From: a virus
Taxonomy: Duplodnaviria > Caudoviricetes
DNA length: 64,000 nucleotides
Reading direction: 5' to 3' (one strand)
IMG/VR virus record: IMGVR_UViG_3300027714_000014
Location: 1,460-65,459 of that record
In this document: piece by piece, positions 55,248-64,000 of the stretch
How the letters are laid out: each line of letters starts with the position of its first letter
Position numbering within the stretch: position 1 is the stretch's first letter
The notes under the pieces: model-generated
What the model saw: only the letters and a program-made list of their open reading frames with translations
Told to the model about the DNA's origin: nothing
The model's database searches: none
Program-made: the position numbers and the translations under genes

Positions 55248-57730
55248 TAAAAGAAATCCTCTAGTGTAGATTGGGCGCCGTAACTTATTAACCAGTTAAT
55301 CTTTTCAGTGATCACCTTGAGTGGCTCAATGAATGATTTCTCATACTGCATATCATAGTCTATCTTATTAGAAATATCAAGTTCCTTTGGTACTTCTGTC
55401 ATAAAAGAAAATGCAGAGGAGGAATAGATATTTGGCTGCCTCATATGAAGGAAACGTATCTTGTCTCCGTTTTGTATTAATTGGTATTTGTTTTCTAGTT
55501 TCTTCTTTTTGATCAGATGATTGTATAGGATTGCTCCTTTACAGTGGATGGGAGCTCCCTTTGCAAATAGAGTACTCTCACCAGCAAACTTTTCTAGTCC
55601 ATTGACTGACCTTGGATATGCAATATCTTCTGGTGGTAGATTCATAAATTCGTCCCTAAACTCTTTTATGAAAGTATTTAGCATTTTCTCGTCACCCGAC
55701 ATTATAATCTTTAGTGCTTCCTTGATCTTCTCTCTACAAGGAGCAGGAGTAGATGACTTGACTGCTTCAATACCCATAATCTTTAAGTGAGGTTCCTTAT
55801 ATCGAACACCTTCCATATCATGAACATTGAGGATATATCGTTTCTTTGCAGTCCAAATCCCCTTGTCAGCAATTGCTTCTCTGGCCATAAACATCTTTTG
55901 ATCGTATGCATTTACAGTTTTAGCAAGAGCTTGATAAGATTTGTCAATAAAAGGTTCCAACTTCTCTTTTGCAACCTTATCCAAGAAGGTGACGATTTTG
56001 CTAGTCTCAGCTCCTTCTTTGAAGACACTATTAACCAGTGAGTCAAAAGTGATGTAAACTGAATCAGTATCACTTGCAATAACGTAATCCACGTGCTTGG
56101 TTTCCAAGATTTTGTTAAGATAAATGTTGAGACTTTTTTCAATCCAACGTATAGATAATTGCCCAGAAGTCGTAATTGCAGTAGCAACCAACAAATCAAA
56201 ATACCTAAACCAATTATTGCCAATTGCACCATAAGCGGAATTAAGAGAAATCTTCTTTGCCATTTGGATGTTATCGTATCTTGATATTTTCTTGAGTATT
56301 GAGGAGTCATTAGTGTCCTCATACTGTTGTTTAGCTTCGAGCATAAGTTTTTTATATTTAACACGGTCATTATACATATTCTCCATTAATTCTGGCAAAA
56401 ACCCTCTAACGTCTTTACGAAAAAACGCACCATTAGGAGTCATACAATACTCTGTATCATTTTTAATCTTACCATCTAATATCTTATCAACCATACCCTC
56501 AACCATATCAGTACCACCATTCACCAATGTCTCAGGCGAAATGTTATACTGCATTATAAGGTGAGGATATAGCGAGTTCAAGTCAAAAGACATAACCCAT
56601 TTGTGCATACCAACTTGTGGGTCTTTTACATACGCACCTTCAAACTTTTCTACCTTTTTGTGTTCAGTCTTTTGTGGGATAACAATATTCTTTTTTCGTA
56701 GATAGTTGTATATTACAATATCCCAATAACGAACAGAGCCAAGGACATCAGTAAAGTTGACCTTACCATCATACGCCATAGTTAAACACAGTTCAATAAG
56801 ACGCATCTTATCTTCTAGTTTATCTACAATCTCAACGTCTTGAATGTTGTATTCGATAAACGATTGATAGTCTTTCTGATACCATTCTTTGAAAGTTTCA
56901 TATGGGTTGCCGTCTTTGCGTTCACCTAGCTCTACAAATGCAATATGGTCTAGTGTGTATCGTTCTTGGTTTGTATATGTAAACTTGCGATATAGATCAA
57001 AGAAATCTAGTGCAGCAACACCGTAAATATTATAGACTTGTTGTTTACGGCCCATCTGATATACTTCACGTTCATGCACCTTACCCCAAGGAGATAATTT
57101 ATCAACCATCTCTCCACCTAGAATTTTTGCAATTCGATTACACAGATAAGGAATATCAAAAAACTCAGTATTCCAGCCAGTAATAACGTCTGGCTCAATC
57201 ATAGACCAAGTGTCAAGGAATTTAAATAGCAAGTCTGCTTCATCCTTACACAAGCGATAGTCCACATCATCACGATGGTTTTGGAACTCATGAAGACCCC
57301 AAACAATAATCTTTTTGTTTTGGTGGTTCTTCATTGTGATTGACAGCATAGGTTCTGCTGCATCTTTTGGATTTGGAAATCCGTTCTCGCATTCAACCTC
57401 AATATCAATCGTCACAATGCATAGCTGATCTTTATCCCACGGAATATCGTTAGGAAACTCATCACCAATGTAGCAATAATTGTATTGAGTGTTACCAAAC
57501 ACAAGACCTTGCTTCTTATGAAGATCATACCAATCCTTCGCCTCTGTAATAGAGTCGAACTTGTTGGGTTTTACATGCTTACCATCTAAGGTCTTATACC
57601 CAGTGGGTTGTGAAACAAGATCAAAAAGTGTAGGTTCATAACGAATCTTCTTCTTGAAACGAAGGCCATTATCAACTCCTCTAACGAAAAGTTGATTGCC
57701 CCATTGAAGTACATTAGTGTAAAAGTCCAT
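55247..57730 (-). CDS. gp43: family B DNA polymerase gp43
   Basis: DIEVE exonuclease motif; SFDLNSLYP; KISLNSAYG; DTDS; KKRY. Confidence 0.97.
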   Translation of the reverse strand: MDFYTNVLQWGNQLFVRGVDNGLRFKKKIRYEPTLFDLVSQPTGYKTLDGKHVKPNKFDSITEAKDWYDLHKKQGLVFGNTQYNYCYIGDEFPNDIPWDKDQLCIVTIDIEVECENGFPNPKDAAEPMLSITMKNHQNKKIIVWGLHEFQNHRDDVDYRLCKDEADLLFKFLDTWSMIEPDVITGWNTEFFDIPYLCNRIAKILGGEMVDKLSPWGKVHEREVYQMGRKQQVYNIYGVAALDFFDLYRKFTYTNQERYTLDHIAFVELGERKDGNPYETFKEWYQKDYQSFIEYNIQDVEIVDKLEDKMRLIELCLTMAYDGKVNFTDVLGSVRYWDIVIYNYLRKKNIVIPQKTEHKKVEKFEGAYVKDPQVGMHKWVMSFDLNSLYPHLIMQYNISPETLVNGGTDMVEGMVDKILDGKIKNDTEYCMTPNGAFFRKDVRGFLPELMENMYNDRVKYKKLMLEAKQQYEDTNDSSILKKISRYDNIQMAKKISLNSAYGAIGNNWFRYFDLLVATAITTSGQLSIRWIEKSLNIYLNKILETKHVDYVIASDTDSVYITFDSLVNSVFKEGAETSKIVTFLDKVAKEKLEPFIDKSYQALAKTVNAYDQKMFMAREAIADKGIWTAKKRYILNVHDMEGVRYKEPHLKIMGIEAVKSSTPAPCREKIKEALKIIMSGDEKMLNTFIKEFRDEFMNLPPEDIAYPRSVNGLEKFAGESTLFAKGAPIHCKGAILYNHLIKKKKLENKYQLIQNGDKIRFLHMRQPNIYSSSAFSFMTEVPKELDISNKIDYDMQYEKSFIEPLKVITEKINWLISYGAQSTLEDFF

Positions 57731-57736
57731 TGTTAG

Positions 57737-57765
57737 ACTATACCACCTTTGTAGTTATTTGTCAA
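57737..57765 (-). promoter_or_regulatory. sigma70-type promoter, likely leaderless gp43 mRNA
   Basis: TTGACA-N17-TATAGT-N6-ATG; no SD. Confidence 0.7.
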
Positions 57766-57772
57766 GGGTATA

Positions 57773-59194
57773 TTAATCTATTTCGTCTGTTTCATCGCCT
57801 TTTTCTGACCAATCAGATAAGACAAATTTTCTACTTGGATTGACACTAACTTTAAATCTTTTCAACAAATCTCTATTAATAAGAAATGTACTTGCAGCAT
57901 CTTCTAGCTGAAGTCCAATAGGAACATCTGTATAAATCATATTATTAAATTTTACATTTATATATACTATTGGCCGTTCAGTAATCTTACCAATATGAGT
58001 AGGTTTTGAAATTCCCTGTAATTTGCTGGTGAATTTTTTACCCTTTCTCTCCCACTTAACAGTTTTACCAGACACTTCTACTTTATCAACAACTAACATA
58101 GATGCCTTTGTACCATTGCCGGTATCAAATTTAGCTCTTATTGGTCCATATCCATCAATCTCTACAGTCTCATGATAACCCGATTCTTGATTAAAATCAA
58201 ACCTTCTGTGTACAGGATTTTGCAAATACTCAACCATTAATTTAACGATATCTTTTTCTTTTGTTGGTTCTTGTGGAACCGTAGTCATATCGTAGTTTTG
58301 AAACTCTGATCCCATACCAGGCGAACCATTACACTCTAAGACATAAATTTCATTATTTACAATTGCATGATCAACACCAACCATGTATGCACCCGTTGCT
58401 CTAGCAGCTGCAAGAACTTCTGCCTTCTCATCTTTACTCAAGGTATAAGGTTTTGTCTTTGCGCCCATATGACGATTGGAACGAAAATCTTTTTCTGGTT
58501 TAATTCTCTTAGTTGAGGCAACGATACGACCATTAAGAACGATAGTCCTAACGTCAAATTCTATTTTTAAAAATTCTTGAATGATAAGGGGCGCATTGAA
58601 TTTCCACAATGACTGAATAACACTCATCATGGATTCCATACTGTCAACCTTAGAAACACCGATACCTTGTGTTCCTGTCAAAGTTTTGATAATGACAGGA
58701 AACTTACCACCGATACGTTCATGAGCATCAATAATACTTTTTTCATTGTTGACCAGTGATGTACGGGGAGTGTTGATATTGTTTCGTTCAAACGATGTAT
58801 AGGATGACATTTTATTATCACATGTCAACATACCATCACGATCATTGATCATCATGCAACCAGCATTTTGCAGTGTACCTAGTAATGCAAGACCAATCTC
58901 ATCTTGCAGAACACCAGCCCGCACAAACACCACAGTCGATGCAGTTTCAACTTCAATATCCTTTTCTTCACCATCATAATTTTTAATGGAAACTATACCC
59001 TTTTCGATATCGTTATCAGACACCCATGCCTCAGTTGTTACCACCCTATAGCATGGCAATCCTAAGTCTGAACAGGCCGCTAAGAGCATACCAGTAACAA
59101 CTTCTGGTTTTTTTGATTTAGAGTTTGTTAAAATAAGAACTGTTATCTTATCTCCAACAGCTTCCTCAGTTATAAAAGACTTGAAATTTTCCAC
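57773..59194 (-). CDS. RimK-family ATP-grasp ligase fused to a retropepsin-like (RimB-type) protease
   Basis: FPVIIKTLTGTQGIGV, IQEF, FRSN.H.G, GVD, LECNGSPG; C-terminal AKFDTGN, ERP.V, LINRDLL. Confidence 0.85.
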   Translation of the reverse strand: MENFKSFITEEAVGDKITVLILTNSKSKKPEVVTGMLLAACSDLGLPCYRVVTTEAWVSDNDIEKGIVSIKNYDGEEKDIEVETASTVVFVRAGVLQDEIGLALLGTLQNAGCMMINDRDGMLTCDNKMSSYTSFERNNINTPRTSLVNNEKSIIDAHERIGGKFPVIIKTLTGTQGIGVSKVDSMESMMSVIQSLWKFNAPLIIQEFLKIEFDVRTIVLNGRIVASTKRIKPEKDFRSNRHMGAKTKPYTLSKDEKAEVLAAARATGAYMVGVDHAIVNNEIYVLECNGSPGMGSEFQNYDMTTVPQEPTKEKDIVKLMVEYLQNPVHRRFDFNQESGYHETVEIDGYGPIRAKFDTGNGTKASMLVVDKVEVSGKTVKWERKGKKFTSKLQGISKPTHIGKITERPIVYINVKFNNMIYTDVPIGLQLEDAASTFLINRDLLKRFKVSVNPSRKFVLSDWSEKGDETDEID

Positions 59195-59196
59195 TA

Positions 59197-59610
59197 TTAA
59201 GTTTCCCGTTTTTTGCCAATGTTATACTTAGTCTCTAACGACCACTCAGATTTATCTTTGAATGATATAACTTTGATTTGACTAAGAGGTGCAGATGGTT
59301 CTGCGACACCAACAATTTCAACCAAGCCCCAATCATTGAGAAGATTTACAATTGTATTTCTCCTTGCAATATCATTCTCAGAAAGATTAGTACTTTTACC
59401 GTCTAGTGCGAATAGTTCCTTAAAATGAACAATATAATATTTACCCTGCTTATGTAAAATATGGCAGGATTGATATAATTTCTTTTCTTTACGTGAAGCA
59501 ACTCCAATTCGTGATAGTGTCTCTCTTACTTTCAGAAAATCATCGGGCTGTTTCAAAACAACCTCTAACATGTCCTTCTGTGTCCAACTAACTTCTTCCA
59601 TTTTTTCCAC
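59197..59610 (-). CDS. regA: translational repressor RegA
   Basis: DDFLKVRETLSRIG, LYQSCHILHKQGKYYIVHFKELF. Confidence 0.95.
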   Translation of the reverse strand: MEKMEEVSWTQKDMLEVVLKQPDDFLKVRETLSRIGVASRKEKKLYQSCHILHKQGKYYIVHFKELFALDGKSTNLSENDIARRNTIVNLLNDWGLVEIVGVAEPSAPLSQIKVISFKDKSEWSLETKYNIGKKRET

Positions 59611-59986
59611 CCTTATATGTTCTTTGTTTTATGGCAGAAATCTGTTCATCATCTAGTACATCAAGAGCGGCCTTAGCCTTCTCATTATTATATCCATAAT
59701 ACTCTTTAACATACTCTAGATTAGCTAATTTCGTCGCCTTCGCCCAAGGACTAAATCGTTTCCTTGGTCTTAGACTATTTAGGAAAAAGTCAAACTGTAA
59801 CTTTTTATCTATGTTTGGTAGTTGATTTATCTCATTAACAAATAATATAGTATCTTGAAACGGCATAAGACACTTATTCACAACAAAAGGCGGGTATTTC
59901 TTTTCCCACGTTTTATCCCCACTATCCATCAAAGGTTCTTTTGTTTGGTTAATCGCTTTTAAGTAGTCTTTTAATTCATAAGTCAT
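59588..59986 (-). CDS. gp62: clamp loader small subunit gp62
   Basis: LKDYLKAIN, YPPFVVN, QFDF, KEYYGYNNEKA. Confidence 0.9.
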   Translation of the reverse strand: MTYELKDYLKAINQTKEPLMDSGDKTWEKKYPPFVVNKCLMPFQDTILFVNEINQLPNIDKKLQFDFFLNSLRPRKRFSPWAKATKLANLEYVKEYYGYNNEKAKAALDVLDDEQISAIKQRTYKGGKNGRS

Positions 59987-60432
59987 GAACGCCTTCCACC
60001 ATTATAATTCCACAATCCTTCATACGCTTCATCCAACTCCATTTCGGGAACTGGACGCCTATTCATTTCCATTTCATTTGCACCATTAAGAAGAGTTAAA
60101 TCTTGTCTTAATTGACCATCTGATAACTCACCAATAAAATATGTTCTAGGTCTTTCTAAGATAGAAAACTCATAAACCAAATGTTCAGCTGCCTCTCCTA
60201 TTAATTCTCGAATCATATCACGATCTTCAGTGCTCTTATGTTGAAAAGACGTTGTTCCATATATTGAATGAAACAGACCAGCTTCACAAATATAGTTAGG
60301 AGAATTATTTGTAACAAGAATATCATGTACAGCGATAAGATGTTCTATCAAGGTTCCACCACTATGAGGAACCTTATCAGCACCCATTGCAATAAGAAAT
60401 TTAATCTTTGTAGTGATCGAGTCTTGCATCAT
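59983..60432 (-). CDS. DUF6817 / HD-like protein
   Basis: PHSGGTLIEHL...AGLFHSIYGT...IGEAAEHLVY. Confidence 0.7.
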   Translation of the reverse strand: MMQDSITTKIKFLIAMGADKVPHSGGTLIEHLIAVHDILVTNNSPNYICEAGLFHSIYGTTSFQHKSTEDRDMIRELIGEAAEHLVYEFSILERPRTYFIGELSDGQLRQDLTLLNGANEMEMNRRPVPEMELDEAYEGLWNYNGGRRS

Positions 60433-61006
60433 TCACCTCTGTAGTAAAACACTTAAATACAATACAGCTTCTTAATTTGAAACAGTTCTTGGACACAGGC
60501 ATTGCTTGATGCAATCTCTTTGCTGGAAAAACCATCAATCTATTTCCAGTGTATGCAACGTGTTTTTCAATTTCCTTTGGTTGTTCTTGTTTCTCTTGAT
60601 CGTGTTCTGTCCATATTACAGTTCCGCCGCCCCAATCTTTTCTCCAATCCATAAGAGGAAAATAGATCATGGTAAACTCACCATCATCAATATGAGGCCG
60701 AGGTTCTACGCCATATGTATGTGCATTAAAATATATTCTACGAAAAGTATCAATACCATATTTTAATTTGAAATCAATTTTATACATAAAGTGATTCCAC
60801 ACAGGAATCAACCACTCAAATCCATTATCAGTAATCTGTTTTTCAGTTTTTCCAGCAAGCCGATGCCAGTGATATATATCCTGTTTATTATCAGATTTAT
60901 GGTAGTACTGCCACATAAATTCTTTGTCAGACATTAAATCACTAACCATCTGAGCATCATGATTATTCATAACATTATCATAAACGTGTATTTTAGATTC
61001 ACTCAT
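60401..61006 (-). CDS. 2OG-Fe(II) oxygenase (prolyl-hydroxylase-like)
   Basis: PHIDDG, WGGGT, NRLMVF..H, R..IVFK. Confidence 0.85.
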   Translation of the reverse strand: MSESKIHVYDNVMNNHDAQMVSDLMSDKEFMWQYYHKSDNKQDIYHWHRLAGKTEKQITDNGFEWLIPVWNHFMYKIDFKLKYGIDTFRRIYFNAHTYGVEPRPHIDDGEFTMIYFPLMDWRKDWGGGTVIWTEHDQEKQEQPKEIEKHVAYTGNRLMVFPAKRLHQAMPVSKNCFKLRSCIVFKCFTTEVNDARLDHYKD

Positions 61007-61670
61007 TATAAAAATCTAACCTCTCATTATTACCACCATTTGCAACAGTTTTATATGTTATAGTGTATCTCATATTATGACAAATTCTTGCAACTGGTTC
61101 AGCTTTATGCCAATGCCATGCGTCAAAAAGAACCACTCTATTTCCTCTATTGGTAACATGTTTTAGCACTTCAAGTTCTTCAATCCTATCTACACTATTT
61201 TCAATATAAGGTTCCCAAATAGTTGTACCACCACCCCAATGATACTGGTTCCAATTTAGAATAGGGTAATATAATAAAGTCATATTGCCCCTATTACCAT
61301 CATAATGAATATGTGGCTCTTGTCCATGACTATGAACGTTTATATAAGCATCACCATAACTATCAATACTAAACTTTGATTTGAGATTAATACTTTTTTG
61401 AAAATCATCAAACAAATCATGTATCCATTTTAGATCAAGATGTTCTAAAGATTTTTCATCCTGACCATGTTTTGACATCCAATGACGATTAGGCCCCTCT
61501 TGAGGCTCCCATTCTCCCCACTTTAGTCCTTTTGGTAACTCAAATGGATAGTAGCTACGACCAGATAATGGCAAACTATATGCAGGACCATATTTATGAT
61601 TCTTTACTAATTTCTCTATCTTTTTTGCTACTTCTATAGGAAGCACATTATCAAATACATGCACACTCAT
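60999..61670 (-). CDS. 2OG-Fe(II) oxygenase (tandem paralog)
   Basis: PHIHYD, WGGGT, NRVVLFD..WH; C-terminus RLDFYN similar to the neighbour's RLDHYK. Confidence 0.85.
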   Translation of the reverse strand: MSVHVFDNVLPIEVAKKIEKLVKNHKYGPAYSLPLSGRSYYPFELPKGLKWGEWEPQEGPNRHWMSKHGQDEKSLEHLDLKWIHDLFDDFQKSINLKSKFSIDSYGDAYINVHSHGQEPHIHYDGNRGNMTLLYYPILNWNQYHWGGGTTIWEPYIENSVDRIEELEVLKHVTNRGNRVVLFDAWHWHKAEPVARICHNMRYTITYKTVANGGNNERLDFYNE

Positions 61671-62602
61671 TTGAATTTTGCCCTTGACATTATCTCAGTT
61701 AAACAAGCGAGAGTGTTAATTTCTTGATCTGCGACAAACGCTGACTTATACTGGTACTCGCCCAATATAACAACGACATGAGGTATACTGCCACCATCCA
61801 CGCAATCATACAGGTTATCATACAAGTTACGAAACAAACGTACAGGATCGTTATCAAGATTATCGACAACCCATTCACGAACATCAGTAAACTCCTTTTT
61901 TTTCATGTGACTCATAAGTTCATTTATGTTGTCACTCTTTATATTTACCAAGATACCAGCGTCAATAGTTCCAGAAACAGAATATCTTTGCAACTCATTT
62001 AGAACTCTTCGCCAGTCAGGAAAGTGTTTCTGTACTAGAGCAGCAACGGCCTTGGGTTCAAAATCAACATTCTCATTCTTGAGAATTTTCAAAGCACTCT
62101 TGAAGAACTCACCAGAAAGTTCTAGTTTCTCTTCTTTTGGAATTGAGAAATCATAAGTTGGACATCTGGATATGAGTGCAGGGATAATACGATTTTGATA
62201 ATTACAAGTTAGAACAAATCCACAATTTGAACTAAACTCTTCAATGAACCCACGTAACGCAGGCTGTGTTGATTGAGGATTAAGGTAATCAGCCTCATCC
62301 AAAATCAAGTATTTGCGACCACCATGTAGAGACACAGTGGAAGCAAAGTTTTTGATCTTGGTTCTGAGAATGTCAATACCTGACTCCTCAGAACCGTTGA
62401 TCATCATGTAGGTTAGACCCATCTGTTCAAGCATTGCTTTTGCAGCTGTGGTCTTTCCTACGCCTGGCCCACCAGAGAGAGTGACATTTGGAAGTTCTCC
62501 AGCTGACACAAACTCAAGTAGAGTCTTCTTTAACTCTTTAGGGAGTACGCACGATTCGACTTCAGTTGGGCGGTATTTCTCTACCCATAAAAATTCTTCC
62601 AT
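61667..62602 (-). CDS. gp44: clamp loader ATPase gp44
   Basis: LWVEKYRP, GGPGVGKTT, ILDEAD, SRC. Confidence 0.96.
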   Translation of the reverse strand: MEEFLWVEKYRPTEVESCVLPKELKKTLLEFVSAGELPNVTLSGGPGVGKTTAAKAMLEQMGLTYMMINGSEESGIDILRTKIKNFASTVSLHGGRKYLILDEADYLNPQSTQPALRGFIEEFSSNCGFVLTCNYQNRIIPALISRCPTYDFSIPKEEKLELSGEFFKSALKILKNENVDFEPKAVAALVQKHFPDWRRVLNELQRYSVSGTIDAGILVNIKSDNINELMSHMKKKEFTDVREWVVDNLDNDPVRLFRNLYDNLYDCVDGGSIPHVVVILGEYQYKSAFVADQEINTLACLTEIMSRAKFK

Positions 62603-62616
62603 AATATAATTTCTCC

Positions 62617-63294
62617 CTATTTACCATAGTATGATTCTGGTTCTAGAGCAATAAAGTATTCAATATCAACCTGAGTGTTTTTGAAGTTACTAATTTTGTT
62701 TTTAGAAACACCAACATTATAAGTTCCAGGCATCAACTTCAAATTCTCAACTTTGAACCAAAACTTATGATCTACAGGAATAGGTGTTTCATGATCCATC
62801 TTATCATAATCAACTTCCATAGAAAACATATTTGCAGTATCGTTCTTCTTGTCAGTTACTCTAAGAGTGCCATTATGCAATACCATGTCTGGCACACCAA
62901 TAACAGCAGCTGCTTTTGTAATGTCAGACAATACTTTATCAGAAAGATTGAAACTAATCTCAGCAGGAGGCATATTAATTTCATCTTTAACTGCCGTAAC
63001 AACAGATGGATCACTATACCAGTATTTTAATACGTTGTTAGTTTTATCTTTCATTATTACAAATTTATCTTGAAAATCTAAATCTGGATTTTCAAATAAA
63101 GATAGGGCTGCAAGAAATTCATTCAAGTCATAAATTGCAACGTCCTTCTCAAATGTTTCACTTACTGTAGCCTTTGCCACAATATTCTTCATAGCAGACA
63201 TTGTAGATAGTGTATTGCCCACTTTAATCATTAGGTTCTGATTTATTGTAGAATAATTCTTCAATACAGATACCGTTTTATCACTTAGTTTCAT
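62617..63294 (-). CDS. gp45: sliding clamp gp45
   Basis: MKLSDKTVSVLKNYSTINQ, IYDLNEFL, ENLKLMPG.Y, YFIALE. Confidence 0.95.
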   Translation of the reverse strand: MKLSDKTVSVLKNYSTINQNLMIKVGNTLSTMSAMKNIVAKATVSETFEKDVAIYDLNEFLAALSLFENPDLDFQDKFVIMKDKTNNVLKYWYSDPSVVTAVKDEINMPPAEISFNLSDKVLSDITKAAAVIGVPDMVLHNGTLRVTDKKNDTANMFSMEVDYDKMDHETPIPVDHKFWFKVENLKLMPGTYNVGVSKNKISNFKNTQVDIEYFIALEPESYYGK

Positions 63295-63643
63295 TACTTA
63301 GATTCTCCATCTCATTAATATATAGTGCTATTATACCATAGTGTATAACTTTTAACAAGTCCTTTTTGTCCTTGCCGTTCTTTTTTCCATACCGTTGTGC
63401 ATATTTCAATATGTTTCCGATACAAAAACCTTCACCGTGTCCACCGTCTATGATGAACTCTGTAGCTTGAAAAGTGTTCTTGCTATAGTGTCCATCATAT
63501 GTGGAATCAATGTATTCTTTTAATCTCGCAAGAATATCTCCTTCATTGTATTTGTAATCTGGATTAGTCACTTGCATTTTCGCCATCATATAAACTCTCT
63601 TCACGATCTGACATGTACTTCTTTTTTTCTTCTTCAGAATCAT
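63281..63643 (-). CDS. conserved phage protein (DUF3310-like)
   Basis: YIDSTYDGHY, GFCIGNILKYAQRYGKK, DLLKVIHY. Confidence 0.75.
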   Translation of the reverse strand: MILKKKKRSTCQIVKRVYMMAKMQVTNPDYKYNEGDILARLKEYIDSTYDGHYSKNTFQATEFIIDGGHGEGFCIGNILKYAQRYGKKNGKDKKDLLKVIHYGIIALYINEMENLSNETK

Positions 63644-64000
63644 TCACATTCCAATTCATAGCAATAGAGCGGCGTTCACCTTCACCAAAGAAAGGCAACA
63701 CTTGATGTTTGAGCCACTGAGGAAAGATTAACATAGCACCTTCAGTAGGTTTAATGTAATCCTCTGTCTGTGGTCTAAGCTGCATAAGATCACGCATAGT
63801 GTTAGTGCCCCAACACAAATGAGTCCACCCATCAACAGCACCTGAGGCACCCTTAATATTAGGAACGTCTGGAGTATCTTGGATACACTGAGGAACTTTC
63901 AACCATAGGAAACCCGATAGACCAGCAACAGTCTTAACACCGTGGTCATGAAACGGATTGTAGTCACCAGCATATGCATGGTTAGTCCAACACTGAGAAA
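63564..64000 (-). CDS. 2OG-Fe(II) oxygenase (5' end off the window)
   Basis: CWTNHAYAGDYNPFHDH...FPQWLKHQVLPF...RRSIAMN. Confidence 0.8.
   Translation of the reverse strand, partial: SQCWTNHAYAGDYNPFHDHGVKTVAGLSGFLWLKVPQCIQDTPDVPNIKGASGAVDGWTHLCWGTNTMRDLMQLRPQTEDYIKPTEGAMLIFPQWLKHQVLPFFGEGERRSIAMNWNVNDSEEEKKKYMSDREESLYDGENASD

Noticed and set aside
34137-57730. Introns or inteins in nrdJ, gp61 or gp43
   Set aside because: All three are continuous ORFs of ordinary length with no evident splicing motifs
1-64000. Alternative genetic code or suppressor tRNA
   Set aside because: Core genes are full length in the standard code; the three tRNAs have sense anticodons (UGU, ACC, UCU)

Overview
A 64-kb segment of a large, AT-rich, T4-like (myovirus) marine bacteriophage genome, not a cellular chromosome. 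It carries a baseplate/tail module (gp53, gp48, gp4, gp2, gp54-like, gp26, gp51, tape measure), replication genes (gp32, gp33, RNase H, gp61, gp43, RegA, gp62/44/45) and nucleotide metabolism genes (ThyX, MazG, class II B12-dependent RNR). Lysis-type genes, many auxiliary enzymes (nine 2OG-Fe(II) oxygenases, radical SAM, ferredoxin, PhoH, nitroreductase) and a block of probable internal head proteins are also present. The circularly permuted two-piece tmRNA (tag ANDNIAYGDYALAA) points to an alphaproteobacterial host. The most unusual signals are: (i) a translation-manipulation suite comprising a permuted tmRNA whose intervening segment encodes a small membrane protein, a tRNA-Gly with the rare ACC anticodon and non-canonical D/T loops, a tRNA-Arg nested in frame inside a CDS, bS21, and a RimK-protease fusion; (ii) a probable programmed -1 frameshift joining gp26 and gp51; (iii) enzymes with capsid-targeting N-termini and polyproteins with repeated EEVxLDE linkers; (iv) a GmrSD-like nuclease plus glycosyltransferase operon; (v) an unannotated metallothionein-like peptide. 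All family assignments come from motif recognition by eye; no database searches were run.
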